Positions 28,531 through 36,619 of a DNA stretch of 43,086 nucleotides are shown piece by piece (within the stretch, counting starts at the first letter, position 1; the number at the start of each line of letters is the position of its first letter). This stretch comes from a virus (lineage: Duplodnaviria > Caudoviricetes), in IMG/VR virus record IMGVR_UViG_3300046710_000040, positions 1 to 43,086 of that record; one strand, given 5' to 3'. The position numbers and the translations under genes are program-made. The notes under the pieces were generated by a model. The model was not told the DNA's origin. It saw nothing but the letters and a program-made list of their open reading frames with translations, and made no database searches.

Positions 28531-28932
28531 GTATCTCTGTTTCCATCCACAAACCGGATCAGGAAGAATCCAGAAATGCCGCATGTTGGCCACGTTGACA
28601 ATCTGACTGTCTTCAGGAAGCACTTCGACGGCATAACTTTCCCCACGGCCGATTTGACGCTTCACGGACATGAGTTCGTCCCAGGTAAGATTTTCTTCCC
28701 ACTTGCCGAACTGATCCATTGACGTTCGATTGACCGACACCCTGAAGATCCCACCCCCTTCGTCAAACACCTGGACCAGAAACCGAGAAGACAACCATGC
28801 TTCAATCATGGAATCTACGCGGCCAGTTTCAGGCCATTTGTCCCGCGGAACCTGGAACAGAACAGAAGAACGTTTCGCATTTTGCTTTTCCAGTTCCCGC
28901 CGCTGATGATTTAACACGCTTTTTCTTTTCAC
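28525..28932 (-). CDS. Conserved hypothetical phage protein (cassette 2)
   Basis: LTWDELMSVKRQIG...AVEVLP...IVNVANMRHFW; TAA stop inside the R' box of A2. Confidence 0.75.
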   Translation of the reverse strand: MKRKSVLNHQRRELEKQNAKRSSVLFQVPRDKWPETGRVDSMIEAWLSSRFLVQVFDEGGGIFRVSVNRTSMDQFGKWEENLTWDELMSVKRQIGRGESYAVEVLPEDSQIVNVANMRHFWILPDPVCGWKQRYA

Positions 28933-29495
28933 TGGCTTCTCTCTTTTTTAAGCAATCTCACAACAGCGTCGAGAACGTCAGCCACATAATGAGCAGGTAC
29001 ATTGCTACCTTTGGCCCGAGCTTCGTTGAGAACGGCAAAACCGTCAAAAAGCACTTCCGGCATTTGCGACACGAAAGAAACGGTCCTGGTAGAAGTGTTT
29101 TTCTGATGTTCACGGAGCCGAACCGTTTCTTCCTGGTCCCGTACCCATTTCATCTGAATGTGAAGGTCCGCTTCATCCTGTTCAAGCCCCATACTGTCCA
29201 CAATCCTGAACTGGACTTGATGCCAGAGTGAACAATCACAACAGCCATGCCCGAGCTTCATCCCTTCCAGCTGAACCCATTCACCACTTCCCACCTTTGC
29301 CGCTTCAGCCCCTTCCGATGTTTCGAAAGTAGCACCGCCAAGCTTCAACGCTTCATTGCATTCAGTACAACAACAGATACCATCCCCGCCATGTCTATTC
29401 ATCGTTCCCCCCTTACAAGCACATTGATTTATCGCTTTTGAGCAAACACCACATAAATTTCCAGCTTCAACGTTCTCCTCTTGCACCACCCGCAC
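28929..29495 (-). CDS. Cys-rich hypothetical protein (cassette 2; start uncertain)
   Basis: GCCDCSLWH motif; overlaps the start of the next gene. Confidence 0.5.
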   Translation of the reverse strand: MRVVQEENVEAGNLCGVCSKAINQCACKGGTMNRHGGDGICCCTECNEALKLGGATFETSEGAEAAKVGSGEWVQLEGMKLGHGCCDCSLWHQVQFRIVDSMGLEQDEADLHIQMKWVRDQEETVRLREHQKNTSTRTVSFVSQMPEVLFDGFAVLNEARAKGSNVPAHYVADVLDAVVRLLKKERSQ

Positions 29496-29602
29496 ATTTG
29501 CACATATACACCGTTCCCGGATGCAGCAGCTTTGACGGCTTCACGCTCGATAAACTGCCTGTTTGCCTGTTCCTCAATCTGGTTCCAGTTTAATGACGAC
29601 AT
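29429..29602 (-). CDS. Small hypothetical protein (cassette 2)
   Basis: AAGGAG RBS before MSSLNW. Confidence 0.4.
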   Translation of the reverse strand: MSSLNWNQIEEQANRQFIEREAVKAAASGNGVYVQMCGWCKRRTLKLEIYVVFAQKR

Positions 29603-29624
29603 CTGGCTTACTCCTTGCATTTCT

Positions 29625-29683
29625 GCTTTTACATCGGGTTATCCAGTTATCGCTGCCGATCGGCTGTATAATCATTGTTAAAC
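29625..29683 (+). other. Degenerate attC-like site A3
   Basis: R'' position reads GCTTTTAC (AAC lost); imperfect stem TTATCCAG...CTGTATAA; intact R' GTTAAAC. Confidence 0.5.
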
Positions 29684-29687
29684 ATCT

Positions 29688-30545
29688 CTATGCCGTGTAC
29701 TGGCTGAATCTGCTTTTTGTCCAGATACGGGGCTGATTTCCCCATCTCGACAGTCTGTTATTTTGTCTGTTCTTCACGAACGGCTGAACGTGTGTATTGA
29801 TGTTGAGCCGGTGCAGATAGTCCAGCCGGTAAAGATCCTGCTTTGGTGTCGTTTCGTGGCCTGTCAGAACGTAGAAACCTATCCTTGACCGTTTCACCGG
29901 AAACCCTGCATCCCTCAAGAGCCGGATTCCCCGCTTGACAGATGGCATCAGATCCATGCTATCCCATGCAAAACGCAGATACGGCGGGGCGAGTTGTGCC
30001 AACAGTTCCGCTTTCTCTTCGTTCAACAGCCGGATATCAAGCCCCTGATTGAAGTCTACCCGCAGTTTGCGGATGATCATTTCCTGTAATTTTGCTTTCC
30101 ACAGGGGCGAACCTAGAAAATTGTTATCCAGCAGGGTTACATCTTTGTGCCTCACAAACTCATCCAGTGGCGACCACTCAGAAACCCCGCCCTCTTTTGC
30201 CGGTACGATGCAGAATGAGCAATCACGGAAGCATCCCCGCGAAGTGAAACCCATGCTGTAGTCAATCCCGTACAGTGTGTAATCAGGGCAGATATGCTCA
30301 ATCTCAGGCGGCAAAACAACCGAGTAATCACCTGTACCGCACCCGCCAATAACTCCACCCAATGCCCGTTGAATCTTCCTTGCTTGCGGCATGTTCTTAG
30401 AGAAAACAACGGAGATAAAGACCTTATCCGCAGGAGCGCAGGAGTTAAGCACGACCTCTGCCCCTTGCGCTTTCCAGTGCGCTGACATTTTCATCAGAGC
30501 TAGATTCGGAGTGTTTCCGTCTATGTCAATCAGGTTGATTTTCAC
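29688..30545 (-). CDS. Radical SAM protein (cassette 3)
   Basis: SRGCFRDCSFC CxxxCxxC motif; PNLALMKMSA, LLDNNFL, DFNQGLDIRLL. GTG start after GAGGGG RBS. Confidence 0.85.
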   Translation of the reverse strand: MKINLIDIDGNTPNLALMKMSAHWKAQGAEVVLNSCAPADKVFISVVFSKNMPQARKIQRALGGVIGGCGTGDYSVVLPPEIEHICPDYTLYGIDYSMGFTSRGCFRDCSFCIVPAKEGGVSEWSPLDEFVRHKDVTLLDNNFLGSPLWKAKLQEMIIRKLRVDFNQGLDIRLLNEEKAELLAQLAPPYLRFAWDSMDLMPSVKRGIRLLRDAGFPVKRSRIGFYVLTGHETTPKQDLYRLDYLHRLNINTHVQPFVKNRQNNRLSRWGNQPRIWTKSRFSQYTA

Positions 30546-30559
30546 GATTCCCCTCCGAT

Positions 30560-30613
30560 GTATAACCATCGCATCCAGCGGATTAATCCCCGCTGATGCT
30601 CAAGCCGTTATAT
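30560..30613 (+). other. attC-like site A4
   Basis: GTATAAC-CATC-GCATCCAGCGG...CCGCTGATGC-TCAAGCC-GTTATAT; extra C in the left arm. Confidence 0.9.
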
Positions 30614-31198
30614 GCTTGCCCGTAATTGCTGCACCCATTCTGTCCGACTGTTGGTGCGCTCGACTTCTTTCGCATTCCCTTCTGTGTGGTACTTTATGTC
30701 TCGGGCAGCACTCGATACCGCTTCCACGTAGTACACCTTTGCCGGCTTAGCTTGTGCTTCGGTCAGCGATCTCTCTGAGTAGTCAACGCTGTTCTTGCTC
30801 ACGTCGATTTGTTGGAGCATGAAATCCTTCAACCCTTGGTGGTCTTTCGTTGGAGGAGTCCATGCGCGAACTTGCGCGGCCATCTCTTCAAGACGGCTGT
30901 TCTCGGCCAGAGCCTTTTCAAGATATTTCCGGCTTCGCTCAATATCCTCGGCCTTTGCTGCTTCCCCAAAAGTCGTTCTTTCTTCGATGCTCATTGCTTT
31001 GAGTTTTACCAGTTCTTCACGCGCCGAAATAAGCCGTTTTGCGTTGTAATCTGACGGTTCAAATTTATCAGGAATCGGCGCGTCGTTTGGACTGTCGCGC
31101 ATTTCAATAAGTGCCCCAAAAGCACGAGCGCACCCCATGATAAATTCCGGGAAAGTTTCGCCTGACTCCATCAATTTAGCTGTATATCCTGTTGGCAT
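30608..31198 (-). CDS. Conserved hypothetical phage protein (cassette 4)
   Basis: MPTGYTA...CARAFGALIEMRD; TAA stop inside R'. Confidence 0.75.
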   Translation of the reverse strand: MPTGYTAKLMESGETFPEFIMGCARAFGALIEMRDSPNDAPIPDKFEPSDYNAKRLISAREELVKLKAMSIEERTTFGEAAKAEDIERSRKYLEKALAENSRLEEMAAQVRAWTPPTKDHQGLKDFMLQQIDVSKNSVDYSERSLTEAQAKPAKVYYVEAVSSAARDIKYHTEGNAKEVERTNSRTEWVQQLRASI

Positions 31199-31225
31199 GC
31201 TGATCTCCTTTTATTGCACCAACGC

Positions 31226-31285
31226 ATATAACTAGACGCTGGTGCTGTCTGCGCTGCGCTTGCAGCACAGCTCAAGCCGTTATCT
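31226..31285 (+). other. attC-like site A5
   Basis: ATATAAC-TAGAC-GCTGGTGCTG...CAGCACAGC-TCAAGCC-GTTATCT. Confidence 0.9.
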
Positions 31286-31522
31286 CCAACGCTTAATAGC
31301 CTGGATATCCTCTAAAATAGACCGGCACGTTTGGCATGTAACGCGCCCCTGACGCTCTTCCCCGCTGTGGTATCCGTCGTCGCCCTCAAGCTGTATGCCA
31401 CAAACTGTCCGAATACACGGGCCAGCAGATGTTATTGCGTGCCACTCATCCGAATCGACTAGATGCCCCTCGAAATGTTTATCGTCTGGGTTGGTTGCCT
31501 CAATTCGCACTATTTTTGCCAT
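31280..31522 (-). CDS. Small putative Zn-binding protein (cassette 5)
   Basis: WH...TVCG...VTCQTC; TAA stop inside R'. Confidence 0.65.
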   Translation of the reverse strand: MAKIVRIEATNPDDKHFEGHLVDSDEWHAITSAGPCIRTVCGIQLEGDDGYHSGEERQGRVTCQTCRSILEDIQAIKRWR

Positions 31523-31536
31523 AAATTACCCCCTGG

Positions 31537-31605
31537 AGATAACCAGGACGCCGGACACCGACCGCCAAACACCCGGCGGACGGGTCAGCGCCATGGCCGT
31601 TATAA
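31537..31605 (+). other. attC-like site A6
   Basis: AGATAAC-CAGGA-CGCCGGACACCG...CGGGTCAGCG-CCATGGCC-GTTATAA. Confidence 0.85.
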
Positions 31606-31607
31606 TG

Positions 31608-31790
31608 CTAGTCGATTACCGGCAATCCAGCAATAAACCTGTCGTAGTCCCATGAATAATAGGCATCCTGTTCCGACATAGGCACCCCCTCAATTAAAGG
31701 GCATGTTTGACCTCTCAGCCAATGCCGAAACGGCTCACGTTGCTCTATCGGCAGATCCTTGATTCTAGGCCAACTTTGTTTTTTAGGCAT
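31608..31790 (-). CDS. Small hypothetical protein (cassette 6)
   Basis: MPKKQSWP...FRHWLRGQTCP...AYYSWDYDRF; GGAGG RBS. Confidence 0.65.
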   Translation of the reverse strand: MPKKQSWPRIKDLPIEQREPFRHWLRGQTCPLIEGVPMSEQDAYYSWDYDRFIAGLPVID

Positions 31791-31816
31791 AATATTTCCT
31801 CCGTGGCACCGCCGCA

Positions 31817-31878
31817 CTATAACCAGCGGCAGGTGCATGTTTCGCTGCGCTCAAATGCACAGCCTTATGACGTTATAA
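31817..31878 (+). other. attC-like site A7
   Basis: CTATAAC-CAGCG-GCAGGTGCAT...ATGCACAGC-CTTATGAC-GTTATAA. Confidence 0.85.
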
Positions 31879-31918
31879 TGCTAGTAGTTGCTGCTGTGCT
31901 TGATCGTTAAATTACTCT
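31872..31918 (+). repeat. 47-bp direct repeat copy 1 (R' box plus attC half-site)
   Basis: GTTATAATGCTAGTAGTTGCTGCTGTGCTTGATCGTTAAATTACTCT is identical to 36152-36198. Confidence 0.95.
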
Positions 31919-32181
31919 GGCCGCTTCATCCCTTTAACGTTGCCGAGTTTTCCATTCGCAGTCTGAAGATTGTACCTTGCAGATTCGCAATTCTGGTTTG
32001 CTCGTTCCATCAAATGAGCGTGAGCTTGATCCCATGTGTCGTGATAAGTTTCGTGCTGTGACGTTTTCGCGCTTCTTCGTCCGTTGATCCACAATGAAGA
32101 ATCTGATTCGCGCTCAACTTCTACCGGAGTTATTTTTGTTACGACTCCCCATGAAGTTCGTTCCGTTCTGAATTTAATCAT
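31912..32181 (-). CDS. Hypothetical protein (cassette 7)
   Basis: AAGGGG RBS; fills the space between the half-site and A8. Confidence 0.7.
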   Translation of the reverse strand: MIKFRTERTSWGVVTKITPVEVERESDSSLWINGRRSAKTSQHETYHDTWDQAHAHLMERANQNCESARYNLQTANGKLGNVKGMKRPE

Positions 32182-32205
32182 CTGTTGCCCCTTTCTAAAT
32201 TCGTA

Positions 32206-32255
32206 AGTTAACCAAACACATCAGCGGTCAAGCCGCTGTGTTCAAGCCGTTATAG
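32206..32255 (+). other. attC-like site A8 (50 bp)
   Basis: AGTTAAC-CAAAC-ACATCAGCGG-TCAAG-CCGCTGTGT-TCAAGCC-GTTATAG. Confidence 0.85.
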
Positions 32256-32302
32256 TGATAATTCTTTAAATATCCTTGCCGCTTCATCTTTACCAAAATG
32301 GT

Positions 32303-32989
32303 TTATTGAATATTTTTTCTAGACCTTGCACCTGCGACACCTATGCATTTAGATATTGATGGTCTGCTTTTGATTAATGAATGCCCGAGATCGTCTATAT
32401 CCCAACCACAATTAATTCTTTGGTGCAAAGTCCCAACGGATATCCCTAATTTTTCGGATAACTGAGATAGTGACTCATATCCTACACCGTCATAAGATAT
32501 TTTCTTATTTGTGCTTTTATTTCTTTGTTGCTGTTTTTGTGTAGCCCATCGGCAGTTTTCCGGTTCATAATTGCCGTCATTATTTTTTCTATCTATGCTG
32601 TGCCTTGAAGATGGTTTCTTGCCCATATCGGATAAAAACACTCTAAAATCTTCCCATTCCTTACAAACTGTTATCCCTCTCCCTCCATAGCGGTTGTATT
32701 TTTTAGATTTTTTATTATAGCATCTAGTAAACATTCCCGCCCACGATCTGTATTCGGTGGTATTACAAGCAGAATGCTTAGTGCTTGATTCGGAGACTCG
32801 TTCTTTTTGTAAACAACCGCAGCTCTTAGTGGATCTGCTTTGTAAGTGATCGATCCTAATTATTTTAGTTTTGCCACATACGCATTTACATAAAAACCTG
32901 CGCAATCCATTCTTGTAATTAGAGGATTGTTCGATTATTTCAAGCCTACCAAAAAACATTCCACATTTGATTTCTATACTTTTATGCAT
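32303..32989 (-). CDS. HNH homing-endonuclease-like protein
   Basis: CKCVCG...KSCGC, YGGRGITVCKEW, SIDRKNNDGNYEPENCRWAT; AT-rich. Confidence 0.85.
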   Translation of the reverse strand: MHKSIEIKCGMFFGRLEIIEQSSNYKNGLRRFLCKCVCGKTKIIRIDHLQSRSTKSCGCLQKERVSESSTKHSACNTTEYRSWAGMFTRCYNKKSKKYNRYGGRGITVCKEWEDFRVFLSDMGKKPSSRHSIDRKNNDGNYEPENCRWATQKQQQRNKSTNKKISYDGVGYESLSQLSEKLGISVGTLHQRINCGWDIDDLGHSLIKSRPSISKCIGVAGARSRKNIQ

Positions 32990-32999
32990 AGCATACCCT

Positions 33000-33302
33000 T
33001 TATAACCAAAATTTATCACCTTTTTCATATAACCATAATTCATTGAATTTAGCAATAAGTTTTTCTGGGTCAAGTTCCCACCATTTCCAAAACTCTCTAC
33101 CGCTTGCGTGACGTTGGGCATGGTGCCAGACACACAGCGGTATCATACGACTATCGCAACATTTTCCGCCCATAGTGCCGTGACCTTCAAGTTGTTCATG
33201 GTGTCCTACCGCAGATTGGTCACAAATAACGCAAGGCAAACGACCGACAAAATTCCGGTACTTCCGGCTATAGATTGCTTTTGTTTTTGGCTGAGGTTTC
33301 AT
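33000..33302 (-). CDS. DUF968-like Zn/HNH-type protein
   Basis: KYRNFVGRLPCVIC...HH...IPLCVWHHAQRH. Confidence 0.7.
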   Translation of the reverse strand: MKPQPKTKAIYSRKYRNFVGRLPCVICDQSAVGHHEQLEGHGTMGGKCCDSRMIPLCVWHHAQRHASGREFWKWWELDPEKLIAKFNELWLYEKGDKFWL

Positions 33303-34633
33303 AACTGTTCAAACCGTTGGAACATCCCCATCCATGCTACGGGTATGCTTATGTTCCGTTCGCCGTTTCTCTGCTTCTCAATGATGATTTCCGCTTGTGC
33401 CTGATGTTCTCGGTAAATATGATTGCAGTCATCTTCCGCGCGATCCCGACACTTCGGGCAATAGGCGGCAGGCCGGAAGGGGAAAATGATCACGTCTGCA
33501 TCCTGCTCGATTTCTCCTGAGTCTCTGAGGTCCGACATAAGGGGCCGCTTGTCTGGTCGTGAATCCACAGTGCGGTTCAACTGAGACAGAAGGATTATTG
33601 CGATATCCAGTTCACGCGCTATGATCTTCAGCCCCCTGGATATCTCACCCAAACCCTGCACCCTGTTATCCTTTGCTGGTATCGACATAAGCTGAAGGTA
33701 ATCAATCACGGCAATATCCAGCCCCTTCCGTTTTTGCCGCTTGATCTTCGCTTTCACGTCCCGCAGTGTGACGCCTGGGGTGTCGTCAATAAAAAGGTTC
33801 CATCCGGTTATATCAGCGCATGTGTTTGTGCATTTTATCCATTCAGAATCTTCCAGCCTACCGTTGCGGATATGATGGAGCTTGATATTCCCCCTGTCCG
33901 CAAAGAATCGATCCATGCAATCTTCTTTCGACATTTCAAGAGAAAACAACATCCCATGTTTACCGGACACACAAGCGGCCCTGAGAATGTTTGACGCCAT
34001 TACTGATTTACCCATTGAAGGACGCCCCGCGATAATTACCAATTCCCCTCGGTGAATTCCGTTAGTAACAGAATCAAGGCCATCAATACCCCATGACATG
34101 CCCTGCAAAGCTCCTTTCTGCTGATACCTGCCCTTGAGTCTCTTGACAGCTTCTTTCACCAACTGAGGGGTGGCTACTGGCTCATTATGCTGTTGCTTGA
34201 ACATCCCTGTCAGGTTGCTTTCCATCTTTTCCGCTATTTCTTCGGAAGTAGAACCGCTCTCAATCATAGAGAGAGTCTGTTGCGCTTGAGCCTGGAATCT
34301 CCGCTTTGTAGCCATTTCGAGAACTATTTTGCAGTAATAAGCCACGTTCGCAGAAGTGGGAACATAATCAGCCAGCATCAGCAGGTAAGCGGCCCCGCCT
34401 ACCTCTTCAAGATATCCCTGCTCTTTCAGTAATGCCGACATAGTTACGAAGTCGCAAGGCTCATTGCGGTCATTCAGCACAAGCATAGCCTGAAGTATTT
34501 TTCTGTGTGCCTCTCGGTAAAAATCTTCAATCGTGAGCGTTGACATAATCCGGTCAAGGGAGGTCTGATCAATAAAGACACTGCCGAGTATCGACATTTC
34601 AGAATCTATGTTTTGAGGAGGTAAATTATTCAT
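33299..34633 (-). CDS. dnaB: Replicative DNA helicase
   Basis: PPQNIDSE, AGRPSMGKS Walker A, IDYLQLM, SQLNR, DLRDSGEIEQDAD, KQRNG. Confidence 0.95.
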   Translation of the reverse strand: MNNLPPQNIDSEMSILGSVFIDQTSLDRIMSTLTIEDFYREAHRKILQAMLVLNDRNEPCDFVTMSALLKEQGYLEEVGGAAYLLMLADYVPTSANVAYYCKIVLEMATKRRFQAQAQQTLSMIESGSTSEEIAEKMESNLTGMFKQQHNEPVATPQLVKEAVKRLKGRYQQKGALQGMSWGIDGLDSVTNGIHRGELVIIAGRPSMGKSVMASNILRAACVSGKHGMLFSLEMSKEDCMDRFFADRGNIKLHHIRNGRLEDSEWIKCTNTCADITGWNLFIDDTPGVTLRDVKAKIKRQKRKGLDIAVIDYLQLMSIPAKDNRVQGLGEISRGLKIIARELDIAIILLSQLNRTVDSRPDKRPLMSDLRDSGEIEQDADVIIFPFRPAAYCPKCRDRAEDDCNHIYREHQAQAEIIIEKQRNGERNISIPVAWMGMFQRFEQL

Positions 34634-35369
34634 ATTGAGCAAGTTTCCTTTTCAGTGCGTCGGATGCCTGAAAAACAGGAGGATCGGACTTTATCAAACA
34701 CAATGCTGATTCATCTTCCCACCGCCGCGCCGTAAGCCACCCTTGCGCCATTTTAGGGGTTTTGCCATCGGATATGAGCGTCGGACGCCTTAACGCTTCC
34801 GACTTGGCAGCGGTCACAATCTTTTCGACTTCTGCCATTGTCAGCTTTTCAATATCTAGCCATGCGTCTGCTGCTTCAGCCCGTCCTGATTTGTAAGAGA
34901 ACGCTTCCCAAAACTTCAGGAATGTTTCGAGTCTCTTGCCAGTCAGTTTCCTTTTTTTCTTCGTGATAATTGTGTCAGCTTCATCGGCAGATGAAGAAGG
35001 TATTTCTAAAGGATTAGGATTAGGATTTATAGTAGGTGTTTTCTCCCTGTCGCCTACCTGTCGGCTACCTGTTTTACTGCTGTTTTCTTGCCTTTCTAAG
35101 TTATTGAAAATTAGCCTTATTTCCTGTCGGCTACCTGTTTCCTTCCTGTCGGGCAGATGTTTTCCATCTGTTTTCAACTCCGAGGTAAAACGCCGTACTT
35201 TATCCCTACTCCAAGTCCATATTCTTGAGTAATCGCTAATGGATTTTTCCGCCTCTTCGTCAAGGTCTTTCGCAAAGGAAAAAGCCGCCTCCAAAATTGT
35301 ATAAGGACGTTCTCGTGGTAGAAAAGATGCCAGTCGCTTGTCAAGCGGTATCCAATTCCCGTCTTTCAA
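34626..35369 (-). CDS. Putative replication initiator / replisome organiser
   Basis: Upstream of dnaB; N-terminal HTH-like WTWSRDKVRRF; C-terminal FLKFWEAF...AQGWLTARRWEDE. Confidence 0.7.
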   Translation of the reverse strand: MKDGNWIPLDKRLASFLPRERPYTILEAAFSFAKDLDEEAEKSISDYSRIWTWSRDKVRRFTSELKTDGKHLPDRKETGSRQEIRLIFNNLERQENSSKTGSRQVGDREKTPTINPNPNPLEIPSSSADEADTIITKKKRKLTGKRLETFLKFWEAFSYKSGRAEAADAWLDIEKLTMAEVEKIVTAAKSEALRRPTLISDGKTPKMAQGWLTARRWEDESALCLIKSDPPVFQASDALKRKLAQYE

Positions 35370-35370
35370 G

Positions 35371-35496
35371 TTATGCCCCTGGTATGATCGGCGTACCGCA
35401 TACAGGACAGTAAAGAGCGTTTACAGGAACCATAAACTCAGCGCCAGTTTCAGGATCGATATACACACCAAAATATTTGACTTCACAGCATTGCAT
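35371..35496 (-). CDS. Small Cys-rich peptide
   Basis: MQCCE...YCPVCGTP; start uncertain. Confidence 0.35.
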   Translation of the reverse strand: MQCCEVKYFGVYIDPETGAEFMVPVNALYCPVCGTPIIPGA

Positions 35497-35759
35497 GTTG
35501 GCGCCCGTAGAAAACAAAAACCCCCTTTGAAGGCGGCATCCTTCGCGGGGGGAGTTTGCTGAATCAGACGCTTTCGCGCCATCATCAAAGCAGATAATCA
35601 CGTTATGCCGAACGTGTTCAATATTAAATTGTAAGTTGCGGCGGCAGGTTGCTCCCTTAAACGGTCTGCATGTAAACACTGCCGCCAATGTTGTCATTAT
35701 CGCGTCCGACTGGATTCCGCCCTATGCGGTGCCGGCCCCCTGGTGGTATTTTCGCTACC

Positions 35760-36098
35760 TTATTCCAGCAATTCAGACCTGTCAACTACATTTTCTGCCT
35801 GTTCCGCATGGTACGTCCTCATGATCATATTCCACGCCGCTTCATAACCATGCCGACAACCTGTCTCTTCGTCCACTGAGAGAGGATCAATCTGACAAGC
35901 CACTGTATGCCTTAACGAAGCAGAGAAAAACCGTTGTGAGCCATTATCGAAAGGTTTCAGACAATTAAAACGTTCATATTTTTTGCATCCCGCTTCAGCG
36001 ACCTTAATCAGACCTTTCAGACAAACCAGAGGAAAGCTATGCCAGTCGATTTTACCCTGATCGTATTTTAAACCGCTGTCGTCTTTATTATCTGGCAT
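35760..36098 (-). CDS. DUF5664 (dATP/dGTP diphosphohydrolase N-terminal-like) protein
   Basis: GLKYDQGK...GCKKY...SLRH...DEETGCRHGYEAAWN. Confidence 0.75.
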   Translation of the reverse strand: MPDNKDDSGLKYDQGKIDWHSFPLVCLKGLIKVAEAGCKKYERFNCLKPFDNGSQRFFSASLRHTVACQIDPLSVDEETGCRHGYEAAWNMIMRTYHAEQAENVVDRSELLE

Positions 36099-36100
36099 TC

Positions 36101-36158
36101 TTATAACTCCCGTTGGAACTGACTGCGCTTCGCTTCGCAGTTCAACTCCTTGTTATAA
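36101..36158 (+). other. attC-like site B1 (leftmost site of array B)
   Basis: TTATAAC-TCCC-GTTGGAACTG...CAGTTCAAC-TCCTT-GTTATAA. Confidence 0.85.
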
Positions 36159-36198
36159 TGCTAGTAGTTGCTGCTGTGCTTGATCGTTAAATTACTCT
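36152..36198 (+). repeat. 47-bp direct repeat copy 2
   Basis: Identical to 31872-31918. Confidence 0.95.
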
Positions 36199-36207
36199 CG
36201 GAGGAGT

Positions 36208-36615
36208 TTACTCGTCCCGCCACTTCTTTTCTAACAGCTCGTTTATTTCATCCATCGAGTTATCCATGAGCCAGAAAACATCGACGCCTTTGTAAATGAT
36301 CTCCTCGACCTCAAAATCCTCCTCCTCGTCCTCTGCAACTTGATCGTATGTAGCAAGGAAGATATCATTTTTAATAGGGTAGTTTTCTCCCTGAACTCCG
36401 GTAATGATCCAGTCACCAGGGCAAACCTCTTGCGCACCGCCCTTGCCTTCAAGCGTGATGATTGTGCCGTGGATTATCGCCGGTTGCCCGCATTTCTCAC
36501 AAGCAGGTGGGTCGAGGTCTTGCGGGATGTAAACCCGTTTGACGTTCGAGTGGTCACCATCTTTATTCCACTGAGTTGCTTCGATTGGGATTGGTTTCTT
36601 GACAAATTTTGCCAT
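36208..36615 (-). CDS. PGDYG-like conserved phage protein (cassette 8)
   Basis: KKPIPIEATQW...TLEG...PGDWIITGVQGENYPIKNDIFLATY. Confidence 0.75.
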   Translation of the reverse strand: MAKFVKKPIPIEATQWNKDGDHSNVKRVYIPQDLDPPACEKCGQPAIIHGTIITLEGKGGAQEVCPGDWIITGVQGENYPIKNDIFLATYDQVAEDEEEDFEVEEIIYKGVDVFWLMDNSMDEINELLEKKWRDE

Positions 36616-36619
36616 GTTC

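Noticed and set aside
35698-35760. Possible tRNA in the GC-rich intergenic stretch
   Set aside because: No convincing cloverleaf, T-loop GTTC motif or acceptor stem found on either strand.
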